Shown here: piece after piece, positions 1 to 12,745 of the stretch
How the letters are laid out: each line of letters opens with the position of its first letter
How positions within the stretch are numbered: position 1 is the first letter of the stretch
Origin: Octopus sinensis
Lineage: Eukaryota
Assembly: GCF_006345805.1 (NCBI RefSeq)
Contig: NC_043006.1
Span: forward strand, 37,820,001 to 37,884,000
DNA: 64,000 nucleotides
Direction of reading: 5' to 3'
The notes under the pieces: generated by a model
What the model was told of the DNA's origin: nothing
Database searches by the model: none
Seen by the model: the letters and a program-made list of their open reading frames with translations, nothing else
Position numbers and translations under genes: made by a program

Positions 1-197
1 TACCACCACCACTACCACAAGCATCACTACTTCTACCACGACCACTGCTGTTGTTACTGCTGCTACTACTACTACTACCACCACCACCAAAGCCACCACC
101 ACTGCTATTAACATCACTACTTCCATCACCACCACCACCACCATTGCAGTTGTTACTACTACTTCCACCACCACTGTTGTTACTACTACTACTACTT

Positions 198-228
<31 letters not shown>

Positions 229-600
229 CACTACAAAAGCCACCACCACTGTCACAAACGTCACTACTTCTACCACCACCACCACCACCACCACCACCAC
301 TACCACTACTACTACTACACGAACGCTTGTGCACCCAGATGACGACAATGCTAGTGATGTCTCTTTCTTCAGACTTCTTAACTGCATGCATCAGCAATGA
401 CACAGAAGCAGCAGCAGCAGCGAGTCCTGTTGTAGAAGCAGCAGCAACAGAAATCAGTTGCAGCTGCAACTGCAATGGCAGTCTGAATACTATGGTAACA
501 ACCACAACACCACAAAACTGAAAAACAGCCTCTGCAGCAGAGCAAACAACAACACTAGTGTTTGAAATAGTAGTAGTTGCAGTAGTAGTTATAGTAGCAC

Positions 601-648
<48 letters not shown>

Positions 649-860
649 CAGCAGCAGCAGCAACAGCAGCAACAGCAGCAGAAATAGTAGAAGCAGCAGC
701 TGTAGTAGTAGTAGTAGTAGTGCCGGCGGTGGTGGCAGCGGTGGTGGTGGTGGTACTGCTGCTGGAAATAGTAGTGGTACTAGTTGTAATTGTGGAAGAA
801 GAAGAAGAAGAAGAAGAAGAAGAAGAAGAAGAGAAGAAGAAGAGCAGCAGCAGCAGCAAC
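1..860. repeat. Compound trinucleotide microsatellite block (CAC/CTA, TAG, CAG, GTG, GAA)
   Basis: Directly visible triplet runs; the ORFs at 51-521, 558-929 and 790-975 are homopolymeric translations of them. Confidence 0.95.
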
Positions 861-944
861 TGCAAATTTAGTTGCAGTATTACAGCAATCATTGTTAACA
901 CTGGCGCCGTCACCAGCACCTTCCTCTAATATGGCAACAACCGA

Positions 945-1140
945 ATATGAGCCATTCTGGTTGACCTGTTGGTAATAGCAGCCAAATCTTCCTAAAATCA
1001 AATCACTTCCTACTATCTGAAAAAAGAGGATATGTTAGATAATGCTGGCTATGGGAGTTGTTTGCATAAAGAAAGTAAACAGGATGGTCATGGTTAGAAC
1101 AACCATAGATCTGCTCAATCAGGGTTAACAGAAGCAAACA
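945..1140 (-). repeat. Copy of a ~200-bp dispersed repeat (family F)
   Basis: Reverse complement matches the copies at 46470-47320, 50040-50400 and 52280-52440 (shared gagcagacctatgatc ... gatttggctgctatt motifs). Confidence 0.6.
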
Positions 1141-1459
1141 CAGGGCATACAAGTTGGCTTATTTAATGGCATAAACAACATGGGGACAGATTAGATGCAC
1201 CCTCAATTTCAGGGCTGCATACTCGGAAAAAAACATGTTACATTAGCTTGAGAACGGATCTACAAATGTTGGGATTCACAGACGGGTTGACAGGGGACTG
1301 AGGCTCCTGGTGATTTACTGTGCTTGAAAGGATACATGAAAATAAGTAAAAGGCTTGTCCCTTGAAACCCTCTCCAGCTGAGCATCCCTAATCTTGCTAA
1401 GCATTTCGCCTGGCATGGTAACAAATTTACCAACTCACTGCCTTATAATACATAAATAT

Positions 1460-1665
1460 CCTTTTCTACTCTAGGCACAAGGCCAGAAATTTTTGGGGAG
1501 TGGGGCCAGTCGATTAGATCAACCCCAGTATGCAACTGGTACTTAATTTATTGACCCCAAAGGGATAAAAGCAAAGTCAACCTTTGAACTCAGAACATAA
1601 AGACAGACGAAATACTGCTAAGCATTTCACCCAGCGTGGCAACGTTTCTGCCAGCTCGCCACCTT
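1460..1665 (-). mobile_element. SINE family B (tRNA-like head ggcggtgagctggcagaa ... ctgagttcaaa)
   Basis: Box A/B-like head. Further copies at ~2120-2290, 3300-3508, 3568-3778, 3780-3995, 6690-6875, 10885-11075, 30058-30252, 47410-47570 (all -) and 19225-19447, 49880-50020, 57555-57755 (+). Confidence 0.85.
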
Positions 1666-2334
1666 CCTTATAATACATAAATATTACATCATCACCATCA
1701 TCATCATCATTTAATGTCTGCTTTCTATGCTGACATAGGTTGGATTGTTTGACAAGGAGCTGGCAAGCCAAAGAGCTGCACCAGGCTCCAATTGTTTGTT
1801 TTGGTGTGCTCTCTATGGCTGGATGTCCTTCCTAGCACCAACCACTTTACAGAGTGTTCTAGGGACCTTTTCTGTGACACCAGTGCAGGTGCTATTATAT
1901 GGTGCCAGCAAAAACATCCTGCAGACTGTGATATTCAATAAAATAGAAATAAATTTTAAAGATTTATGCTTTCTGTGCAACCTGGTACCAAACAATCTTA
2001 ACCGACAGGTTAGGGACCACCACTCTAAATCATATTCAACTATTTTAGGGAAGAATATGTAAAATATGCCCTGAGCCAAGAAAAGAAATAGGTCAGTCCC
2101 TTTGGCTGACAGCAATAGTTTCTGATTTAGGCACAAGGCCAGCAATTGTGAGGGAAAAGTATTAGTTGATGCCATTGTCTTCAAAAGATCAAAGGCAAAG
2201 TTAACCCTGGTTGAAGTTAAACTCAGTGCATACAGAGTTGGAAATAAACACTCCTTCCATTGTTCTAATGATTCTGCAAGCACACCAAAATACTGATAGA
2301 AAGGAGGCAGTATAAAGAATACACCCATTTTGAG

Positions 2335-2620
2335 AAATAACATGATAGCCATTTTATCAGATATTCCAACTGATACAGACAGGTAAATGAAGACAGATTG
2401 ACCAGATATTGTTGTTAAAGACCACTAGGAAATTAAATGCTTCCTAATTGGCATATCAATTTCAACAGATGACAAAATACATTTCTAAAAGAAATGAAGA
2501 AATTAACTGTCTGGAAATAGAAAAAAAAAAAAATTCCAGAAATATGAGGACAGAATAGAAAAATAATAAACAATAATCAAAGGTGACTTGGGAATGGTAT
2601 AAATAAAAATAAATACAAAG
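2335..2620 (+). mobile_element. Decayed RLE-type LINE fragment (R4/Dong-like endonuclease region)
   Basis: Broken translation ...TDR.MKTD.PDIVVKDH.EIKCFLIGISI.TDD... resembles the RPD..D restriction-like endonuclease motif. Confidence 0.6.
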
Positions 2621-2961
2621 CCATTTAGTGAAAGATAAAACCCAAAAATCAGAAGTGACACATATATCTAACATTACAAAACAGAATGACATATAAAGTA
2701 TTTTAAATACAAAAGAGATAAAAAAAAAACAATACAAAGCACTATACATGCACCAAGTGCACCAAGTTGTTATTTGCAGCATAGTGAAAGCATGTAATTG
2801 AAACAATACTCTTTTACACGTTTCAGTCATTTGATAGCGTCCATACTGGAATATCACCTTTCGTCAAAGAAATCGACCCCAGGACCTATTCTAGTACTTA
2901 TTCTAAGGGTCTCTATTACCGAACTCTCAAGTGATGGTGGGGAGCAAACACAGATGCAAAG

Positions 2962-3029
<68 letters not shown>

Positions 3030-3057
3030 GTATGTATGTATGTATGTATGTATGCTC

Positions 3058-3297
3058 TGCTGGATGTGTAATGTCAGTGTGCATGCACGACAGTGTAAGC
3101 GCCCTGAGAGAAAAGTTGGACAAAAGAAGCATCAGATGTGGTGTGCAAGAGAGACAACTGCGCTGGTATGGTTATGTGCTGCATATGGATGAGGAGAGCT
3201 GTATGAAAAAGTATCACATGCTAACAGTAGAGGGAACCTGTGGAAGAGGTAGACCCAGGAAGACCTAGGATGAGGTGGTGAAGCACAATCTTCGAAT
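3058..3297 (+). mobile_element. RTE-clade LINE 3' coding fragment
   Basis: LREKL...RQLRWYGYVLHM...VEGTCGRGRPRKT is the typical RTE C-terminus (LRW.GHV.R ... GRPRK.W). Confidence 0.85.
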
Positions 3298-3507
3298 TTT
3301 CTACTGGAAGCACAAGGCCTGAAATTTGGGGAGAGAGGTCTAGTCAATTACACTGACCACAGTGTTCAGCCGGTGCTTACTTTTTTGACCTCGAAAGGGT
3401 GAAAGGCAAAGTTGACCTCAGCAGAATTTGAACTCAGAATATAAAGATGGCTGAAATACCACTAAGCATTTTGCTCAGCATGCAAACAATTCTACCAGCT
3501 TGACACT

Positions 3508-3565
<58 letters not shown>

Positions 3566-3996
3566 ATTGAAATTTTGGCACAAGGCCAGCAATTTCGGGG
3601 AAGGGGTTAAGGTGATTACACTGACTGCAGTTCTCAACTGGTACCTATTTGATGGGCCTTGAAAGGATGAAAGGCAAAGTCAACCTCGATGGAATTTGAA
3701 CTCAGAACATAACAATGGACGAAATACTGCTAAGTATTTCGTCCAGCATGCTAATGATTCTGCCAGCTTGCCGCCTTAAATCCTTCCTACTAAAGGCACA
3801 AGGTCTGAAAATTAGAGGGAGAGAGCCAGCTGATTACATCGACCCCAGTGTTTCATTGGTTCTTAATTTATCGACCCCAAAAGGATGAATGGCAAAGTCA
3901 ACATCATCGGAATTTGAACTCAGAATGTAAAAATGGATGAAATACAGCTAAGCATTTCACCTGCCATCCTAATGATTCTGCCACCTCACTGCCTTA

Positions 3997-4058
<62 letters not shown>

Positions 4059-4793
4059 AATAATAATAATAATCTATATGCAGTGTAGTTGGCTGATTAG
4101 TGTAAGAAAGAAGCAGAGGAGCAAGAAAAAATGTATACATTTTTTTCCCTAATTAAGGAAACAATAAAGCTAATTATACACACATACACAATATGCTTGA
4201 TTAAAGACAAAACAAGTGAAAAGTTTAAGAAAAAAGAAATGAAAAATAGAAATGAGATAAAATCCAGGTGGAACTTTACAATAAAACTATTGAAGAAAAA
4301 AAAATCTCACCCTGGTCAGAAATCTGCTCTAAGATGACTGGATAGAGAAGAAGTGATTCAATAAAAGAGCACAACAATAGCTAGAAATTACTGAACTAAA
4401 GATAAAAATGGGATGTCTGGCTTTAGCTACACAAGATCAATGGCTAGCCATGAGTAAAAACAAAAAAAAAAAAAAAATCTATGAAAGATAAAGGAAATAA
4501 ATAAGAGGCTAATGTTGAGTAAAGATTATCTAATCAGCATAAAGAAATAATCGGCTACATCATTTCCTGCTGGCCAGTCCTCACAAAAACAGAATATATA
4601 TCCATAGACATGACTGGGTATATAGCAGTATTGATTGGGTAGCAATGCAGACGTTTCCTCTTCAAAGCTGGTAATAAATGGTATAAACGTTCACCAAATT
4701 TAGTATGTAACCAAAGACATCATAATCATCATCAGCAGCAGCAGCAACATTTAACATCCATGTTCTGTACTGGCATGGGTTGGACTGTTTGAT

Positions 4794-5334
4794 AGTCCAA
4801 AAAAATAGGGCGAATGCTGCCGTTGATTAGCTCCAAGAGGCCATCACCTCTAGCTAGCTATGTGACACATGAACCTGTGTCAATTATAACCTTCGAACAG
4901 GGGAGGTGAGCTGCTTCCCCTTGCTGGTCAGATTAGTTTCAGGATATTTGCCCCTTATCGATGTAGAGCAGCTGAACCAAGCAGGCGTCACTACTGACCG
5001 TCTGTTTGAAGTGTTATTTACCGCTGCCGTAGTCTCCTTTAGAAATATTAATATTTCCATTTTTGAAAACCAGTGGATGTATTCCATGGAATTTTGGTAA
5101 ATAATCCTTCGAACAGACGGTCAGTAGCAATGCCTGCTTGGTTAGGCTGCTGTATATTGATAAGGGGCAAATACCCTGAAACTAGTCTGTAGATGCTAGA
5201 CCAGCAAGGGGAAGTGGCTAACCTCCCCTGTTCGATGGTTATAATGGACACAGGTTCATGTGTCACATAGCTAACTAGAGGCGATGGCCTCTTGGAGCTA
5301 ATCAATGGCAGCATTCGTCCTATTTTTCTGGACT
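4794..5334. mobile_element. Inverted repeat (~230-bp arms, ~73-bp spacer) with a hammerhead motif in each arm; Penelope-like terminal-repeat remnant
   Basis: 4794-5022 is the reverse complement of 5096-5334; motifs at 4929-4967 (-) and 5151-5193 (+). Confidence 0.8.
5151..5193 (+). ncRNA. Type I hammerhead motif, U3-A8 core variant
   Basis: tgtata-TTGATAA-GGGG-caaata-CCCT-GAAAC-TA-GTC-tgtaga; stem III is the palindrome ACTAGT; GUC cleavage triplet. The mirror copy keeps tctaca, which pairs perfectly with tgtaga. Confidence 0.65.
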
Positions 5335-5779
5335 GCCATGTAGTAACTATTGGCAATAACTATTAATGTGTGTATATATATATATGATGGGATTCTTTCA
5401 GTTTCCATCTAACAAATCCACTTAAAAGCTTTCATTAGCACAAGGCTGTAGTAGACACGCATGCACGCGTGTACACACACACACACACACTATGGGCTTC
5501 TTTTATTTTCTATCTACCAACTCCACTGACAATGCTTTGGTTGGCCTGAGGCTATAACAGAAGACATTGTCCAAGGTGCAATGTGGTGGGACTGAACTCA
5601 GAATCATGTGGTTGGTATGCAAACTTCTTAACCACACAGCCCCACCCCCACTTGTGCCTATACATTCTTTATCGACAGAGAAAACAAGAGAGCCAACATA
5701 AATAAGAAGAAAAGAACATGTGTACAAAAATGTATGATATCAATAAAAAGGGAGATAGTCTATTCTTTTTATTTTTGCA

Positions 5780-6155
5780 TTCTTTTACTTGTTTCAGTCA
5801 TTTGACTGCGGCCATGCTGGAGCACTGCCTTTAGTCAAACAAATCGATCCCAAGACTTACTCTTTGTATGTCTAGTACTTACTCAATCGGTATCTTTTGC
5901 CAAACTGTGCTAAGTTATGAGGACATAAAAACACCAACTCTGGTTGTCAAGTGATAGGGGGGGCAACAAACACAGACACACACAAACATATATATACGAC
6001 AGGCTTCTTTCAGTTTCTGTCCATCAAATCCACTCACAAAGCTTTGGTCAGGCTGAGGCTATAGTAGAAGACACTTGCCCAAGGTGCCACGCAGTGGGAC
6101 TGAACCCAGAACCATGTGGTTGGGAAACAAGCTTCTTACCAAACAACCACATCTG
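5780..6155 (-). mobile_element. SINE family A (tRNA head, CORE-like ccttgggcaag, central microsatellite, ...gactgaaacaagtaaaaga tail)
   Basis: Near full-length match to the 58661-59063 copy; more than 20 full or partial copies in the window. Confidence 0.9.
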
Positions 6156-6289
6156 CACTTGGAAGCAAAAAATAAATAAAATCCTTTAACAACTTACATC
6201 AGTAGAATCATTTAGATATTTTGGAGAAAAAAAATAAAAAAAGGAATGTTTGTAAGAGAACAGGGTATTTCAATTAGATTGCAATGGAT

Positions 6290-8470
6290 TTTATAGGGAC
6301 ATTATATTGGGGAAAAAATCCCAATGAAGGACTGAGAAACATGAACAAAAACTGAAGCATGCAGGAGGGAATATGGAACAAACCATTCAATAGAATGAAA
6401 GAGAAGCATAATGGTTCAGGAGAGAAGCAAGAGAATATAAGTGCCACAACATTACTGAAATGGAATTTACCAGAACGTTAAAAACTGTAAGTAAATGGAA
6501 AAAGCTTTGGGATGGAACACATTTTTGGTTGAAGTACCTCACCAGTTTTATTTAGCTTTTGTTTTTATAAATATTTTTTTGAGTTCTAGGATCCATAAGA
6601 CTGATTATTCGGTTTCTATGGTGTATAAGTAATTGAGATCACAACATTACCCCTAAATTGGATGCAGGTCCGTTGCTGGATTCAATACTAGGAATTTTGA
6701 AAGGAGGGGGACATATCAACCTTAGTGCTTGACAGGTACTTTATTTTATTAACTCTGAAGTGATAAAAAGCAATGTCAACCTTAGTGGGATTTGAACTCA
6801 GAACATAAAGAGCCAGAAGAGAAGCCACTAAGCATTTTATCCGACTTGCTAATGGTTCTGCCAGTTTGTTGCCTTTACCAGATCGGTATCCATTAATATA
6901 TTGTGGTATCATTTAATGAAATGGTTAGTAGATCAGAATCAACACCTGATTAGCTGCTAGGTGAGGGGCAACATTAATTTCCAAACTCAAAAACACCAGA
7001 GGTCCCAAAATCATAGATAAATTACTTGTTTGCCAACAACATACAAAGCTCTCCCATCCATACTCTATAATAGGTAGATCACTCACCTATGACCAATAGG
7101 AAAACAGAAAGGATTGTTAGAAAGGGATATATTGTTGCAACGTGCAGCTACAAGCAAACCAAGCTATTATATAGAAAATAGTAAAACAGAAAACAAGCCA
7201 TTGCAAAGCTTGAATTGATTACCAAGAAAAAAGAAATTGACAGAATACACTATCATCTCAGAAATTAAACACACCATTGTCGTCATCATCATCATCACCA
7301 TTAGTTTCTTTTCTCTATACATGTCAGAAAATAACGAAGTACAAACTAAAATGTAACTGCACTGAAGAATAAGATTTAGATAATGACAAAACATCAGAAA
7401 AGGTTTAAAAAAAGAAGACAAAATGGATTTCTAAAATATATAGCAACGACAAAAATAAAATAAAGAAAAAAATCAAAGTAAAAACCAATCTATGATGAAT
7501 AGCATGAGAGTAAAAGCCAACAATGGTTTAAAGGTTTGGATTAAAATGTAACTGAAGGTGAGATTTTAATTATACAGGATGGAGCTTGGCCACAAAGAAC
7601 TACAAAAATAAGAAAACATGCAAAGATCAAGTGTAGTCTTTGTAGTCATGAGATTAATAGAAGTGATGACATCATCTCTGGCTGCCCAGCCTTGGAAAAA
7701 AATGTCTACATTCACAGACATGATTGAGTCAACAGTCAAAGCCATGGAGAATTATGCTATGAGCACAATGTGAAAATGGTTTTGGAGTGACATAGGAATG
7801 TACCAGACATTGTACTTGGCAATGAATTGAGACCCCCTTCAGTCATGACTGACCATGGGATTGCACCTGGAAAGTTACCCTCCCAGACATAAGTCTGGGC
7901 AAGGTTGTTTATGGAAGACCAGCAGTCATCCATGCATACCGGCCTCCCCTCTCCACGCCACCAGTGTTACCCAAGGGAAAGGCAAAGGCCGATACAGCTT
8001 GGCACCTGTGACATCGCAACTCATTTCTACAGCTGAGTGAACTGGAGCAATGTGAAATAAAGTGTCTTGCTCGAGAACACAACACGCAGCCCAATCCGGA
8101 ATTCAAACTCACAACCTCACGATCATAAGTTTGACGCTCTAACCACTGAGCCATGCGCCTTCACATACTTGGTAATGAATTAACCACAATGATCCAAATA
8201 TTCTTGTCCAGACTGACATAAGATCAAGGTAAACTGTTTGGACATAATAACCAACAACTGGAGAGGAAATGTTTTTATTCTGAGAGACATCTTAATCCCT
8301 TCTGGTCAAAACATTGCCCAAAATGAGACAGAAGCTGTCAAAATACAAAGATCTACAAATTAAATAAGTAGTGTTGGGCATGGATATAAGAAAATAATAT
8401 CAACAGCAATTGAGTCCTAGATATGTAGAATACACAAGATTACCCATAGAGATAGAATCATGAGCTCTGA
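6290..8470 (+). mobile_element. Highly decayed R4/Dong-like LINE (RT and RLE remnants) interrupted by SINEs
   Basis: Collinear remnants: FWLKYLT (~6525), ITCLPTTYKAL and a QKGC-like motif (~7020-7140), and a QTD...SKYKDLQI-like segment (~8210-8370). A related CCHC-region piece lies at ~4555-4620. Confidence 0.5.
7830..8163 (-). mobile_element. SINE family D (tRNA head tggctcagtggttagagcg ... gagtttgaattcc; CORE-like gagcaagacacttta)
   Basis: Box A/B present; related copies at ~30985-31392 (-), 56817-57113 (+) and 63235-63535 (-). Confidence 0.8.
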
Positions 8471-8674
8471 AATCCTCAGAAGAGCCAATCTGTGAGGGCT
8501 GCTGGAGATTGTGGCAGAAAGAAGAGGGAGACTTGCAGGAAAGGTTTTCTTACTGCCAGAAGAACAAACACCCAAGACAGATTAGTAAGATAACAGGGTA
8601 ACGCTGTTAGAAGGATAGTTGGGGTGGAAGATGGAAAGAAATACAAAAAAAAACACCCCTTTTTTTTAAACTTT

Positions 8675-9065
8675 TTATTTGTTTCAGTCATTTGACTGTG
8701 GCCATGCTGGAGCATCACCTTGAAGGAATTTAGTTGAACAAATTGACCCCAGGACTTATTTTTTCCTAAGGCCTAGTACATATTCTAACAGTCACTTTTG
8801 CTGAACCACTAAATTATGGGGATGTAAACACACCAACACTGGTTGTCAAGTGGTGCTGAAGGGAGAAACGCTGACACAAAGACATACACATAGATATACA
8901 CATGTATATAGACCACAGGCTTCCTTCAGCATCTGTCAAACAAATCCACTCACAAGGCTTTCATCAGCCTGAGGCTATAGTAGAAGACACTTGCCCAAGG
9001 TGCCATGCAGTGGGACTGAACCTGGAACCATGTGGCTGGGAAGTAAACTTCTTACCACACAGCCA
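8675..9065 (-). mobile_element. SINE family A
   Basis: Full head-to-tail match to the family consensus seen in the other copies. Confidence 0.9.
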
Positions 9066-9344
9066 GAATAAAATAAAATAAAAATAAAATATGATACTAT
9101 AAAGTGGAGAAATGAAATAAAAATAAAAGAGAAGAAAACAATATGGAATATACTAAAGGAAGTAGACTAGAAGGAGGTTTAATTTCTTGTAATAAGTTGG
9201 GGACACAGACAGTGTGTCTTTAGCCAGCTGGAGGAGATGTCTTCCTGGGGTTATAAACAACAGTAGCATCATCCCATATGGTCAGCCACATTTAGGTGGC
9301 AAATATACTTCATGATGTCGTGCTGCTACTATTTACATCTTGCT

Positions 9345-9740
9345 CATAGTCTTAATTGAGAAAGAAAACAAACTATGCTGGATCATAGATATAGCATGCC
9401 CAGCTGACAACAAGGTATGCGATAAGGAAGAAAGAAGAGTCGATAGATATGACAGGTTAGCTTGGGAAGTTAAGCAGTGTGGTCGATGAAAAAGGTAGCA
9501 GTAGTACCAATAATTGTTGGAGCCCTGGGAACAGTGAGAAAAAATCTCGAGAAGTACGTGGAACAAATAGGGGCTGCAATAAAGGTGGAGCACTTGCAGA
9601 AAACAGCACTGCTTGGAACCACTTGAATACTCCAGAAGGTGCTCGAAAAATAAGAGGTGTTACCTTAGTTCACTGGTAGTGAACAGCTAACACTGTAGTG
9701 TATCTCCAGTGTTAGAAGCTGTGCAAAGGCAATGATAATA
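9345..9740 (+). mobile_element. RLE-type LINE 3' end (R4/Dong-like) ending in an (AAT)n tract
   Basis: IVLIEKENKLCWIIDIACPAD.KV.DKEERRVDRY..LAWEV ... LQKTALLGT..IL..VL* followed by a short 3' UTR and AAC/AAT repeats. The same 3' end recurs at 11128-11305. Confidence 0.8.
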
Positions 9741-9782
9741 ACAACAACAATAATAATAATAATAATAATAATAACAACAATA

Positions 9783-10450
9783 GTGACAAATGCAGAATGT
9801 GTGGTGAGAGGGGTGAAACGGTATGGCACATTGTTAGCAATTGCCTAAAATTGGCACAATGCGAATACAAAAGACTCCATGACAATGAGGCAAGACTGAT
9901 CCATTGGGAACTCTGGAAATCATGGTCTACAAAGAGCAAAGACATGGCATCAGTAAGCCCCAGAAGGAGTCACCAAGGAAAAGAAATGCAAAATCCTGTG
10001 GGATGTAACGATCAAGAGTGATCATCTGACCAGACATCGGAAACCAGACATTATTGTGGTGAATAAAAAAGAAAGGACATGTATGATTATCAACATAGAA
10101 TTCCCCGGTGACAACAGGATCAATGTGTAAGAAGAAAAAATAAACAGCTACAATTATTTAAAGTGGGAGATACGAAGGTTGTGGTCAATGAAGAGAGTAG
10201 ACATGATACCAATAGTAATTGGTGCACTTGGAAGTATCAGGACTCAACTATCTACATGGCTGTAAAAGATCAGTGCAAGTGTGAAGGTAGAAAACTTACA
10301 AAAATCAGCATTGCTTGGAACTGCAAGAATTCTTTGCAGGGTTCTTGAAGCATGACCAGTAAAACAAGTGTCACCTTAGTCTGCTGGTTGTGGACAGCTG
10401 ACACTTTCCATCATAACCAGCAAAATAAGCTGTGCATTTTCATCTAATAA
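9783..10450 (+). mobile_element. RLE-type LINE 3' portion (CCHC knuckle plus PD-(D/E)xK endonuclease), R4/Dong-like
   Basis: DKCRMCGERGETVWHIVSNC...LAQCEYKRLHD; KILWD; RKPDIIVV; IPIVIGALG; LQKSALLGTARIL. Frameshifted and bounded by AAT repeats. Confidence 0.88.
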
Positions 10451-10634
10451 TAATAGGTTAGTTGAATCAGAGGTTAAAATAACCATCTAAGGGATAGAAG
10501 TATCCATTACACTAATGGTATATTACCTATATTTAACCATGGGCATACATATGCAAACAAGCAAAATAGTATGATTATAACCATGTTCAACTTTTCCCTT
10601 TTTCTTCTCTATGCTTTTCTTTATTTATTCTTCA

Positions 10635-10752
10635 CTCTGATGAAGCTCCTTGTTTCAGATCGGTTTTATTACCAAATACGATTAATATTTTTACATACTT
10701 TTGCATATCAATGGCAATACCATATAACATTGGAAGCAGAAACGGCTGTTAG
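10635..10752 (+). ncRNA. Degenerate type I hammerhead motif with long stem II
   Basis: ct-CTGATGA-agctcc...ggaagca-GAAAC-GGCT-GTT-ag; followed by AATAAA and a ttctccatttt tail shared with 18203-18270, 40366-40445 and 55466-55625. Confidence 0.5.
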
Positions 10753-11333
10753 ATGGGATGCAGTCTATTTGCATTGAATTAATAAATAATAATTGATGTA
10801 AGTCAATTGTTGTTCATCAGTACTTCTCCATTTTGTTTTCTTTATAATAATAATAATGATGATGATGAAGATGATGATGATAATGGTTTCAAATTTTAGC
10901 ACAAGGCCAGCAACCTTGAGGGAGTGGGTAAGTCAGTTACATTGACCCCCAGTGCTGAACTCGTATTTATTTCATTGATCTAAAAGGTTGAAAGGCTAAG
11001 TCCACCTTGGTGGAATTTGAAAAAAATGTAGCAGCATTTTTCCAGCATTCTAGCAACTCTGCCAGCTCACCACTTTAATGATGATGATGATGATGATGAT
11101 GGTAAATAATAATATTAATAATAATACATGGAAGAAATAGGGGCTGCAATAAGGGTGGAGCACATGGAGAAAACAGCTCTGCTTGGAACCGCTCAAATAC
11201 TCCAGATGGTGCTTGAAAAATAAGGGGTGTTACCTTAGTTCACTGGTAGTGAACAGCTGACACCATAGTACATCTCCAGTGTTAGGAGCTGTGCAAAGGC
11301 AATGAAATGATGATGATGATGATAATAATAATG

Positions 11334-11395
<62 letters not shown>

Positions 11396-11969
11396 CATCC
11401 ATTATGCTATAACCATGTGATGAAATAACTATAGCAACAACAACAAACATACTCTACCCCAGTGTTTCCTGAATTGGAGCCATATTATCCTAAAGGTACT
11501 TTGGCAAAATTCAATAGGAACAGAAAAAAATTGGGGAATTAGGAGTGGAGCACAGGCTCAGTAAAGGAGGGATGCGTAACTCCCATTCTCTTTCTTTCTA
11601 AAATTTTTCATTGCAGTCTGTTTTTCTTTCAAATTTACACACAAATACACACACCATAGGCTTGGGAACAAGAGGCATAGGGGAGCAAGCACGCTTTAAA
11701 ATTTGGTGGTGGTGGTGGTGGTAGTGGGGCAATGAAAACACTTTGAGCATTCTCCTGAAAAACTAGGTTTGCACCCCTTAAGCAAATTTCATTGCTGCAC
11801 ATATGAATTACACACACACACACACACATAATGCATTTCTACATCTAAAGTTCCATCATGATGGAAAAAAAAAATAAAAGGATTTTATTTGACACCTTGA
11901 TAATAATTTTTCCTTGATAAATAAAGTATCAGGTTGGCACTGGAAAGTCTTGCATGAATTAAATATTAG

Positions 11970-12745
11970 TACTTTGAAGTTCAATATATCTAGTGACAAT
12001 CTCTAAGGGTAATTGCATTACTTTGAGATAGTGTTGTAATGTTTCTGAATAGTAAGCAGCTTAGGGAAGAAATCCTAACTGCCAAGTATGACAGATTCTA
12101 TTTTACAAATATATTTGAGAAGCTAAATTCGCTGAACAAACAATGACAAGGTAAAATTAATTTACGAACGTTGGGCCTCATGGGGGAAAAGTGGTTGAGT
12201 TCCTTTTGAGTGTTGGGCCTTGCGGAGGCAATGACCAAGACCTTTGGCATTGTGTCATGCTTGAGAAGAAGGCCCATTAAGCTGAGCAAAATTGCAGTTG
12301 TGGCAGATACTGGTGTCATGCAAATGACATCCATGCCGGTGGCACGTAAAAGAACCCATTACACTCTTGGAGTGGTTGGCATTAGGAAGGGCATCCAGAC
12401 ATAGAGAACCATGCCAAATCAGACTGGAGTTTGGTGCAGCCTTCCAGTGTGCCAGCCCAGTCAAACTGTCCAACCCATGCCAGCATGGACAACAGACATT
12501 AGATGATGATGATGATGATGCTATAAGTGTTTTCTTTGGAAAGCTTAATCTATTTAGGATAAATACTGGGCATAAGGGGTTATTTTCAACCTCTTGCCAT
12601 TACTGAAGAGGAACTGCAAGAGGATGACATTTTAGTATTCATTGAGCACTTGAAGAGAGAGCACAATGATATGGAAATTAGGTTCAAAGATCTCTTGGAA
12701 ATGAATATTCCAAGCAGAGTGGTAGATCCGTTTGGGAAAAATGCA
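11970..12745 (+). mobile_element. Decayed hAT (Charlie/Buster-like) transposase fragment split by a family C SINE (12165-12520)
   Basis: Remnants SKGNC; DSVVMFL...FEKLNSLNKQ.QG; and ELQEDDILVFIEHL...DMEIRFKDLLEMNIP..VVDPF recall Buster/Charlie transposases (recognised from memory, not searched). Confidence 0.6.

Noticed and set aside
51-975. Long ORFs with poly-L/P/V/E/K
   Set aside because: Translations of trinucleotide microsatellites; no coding signal.
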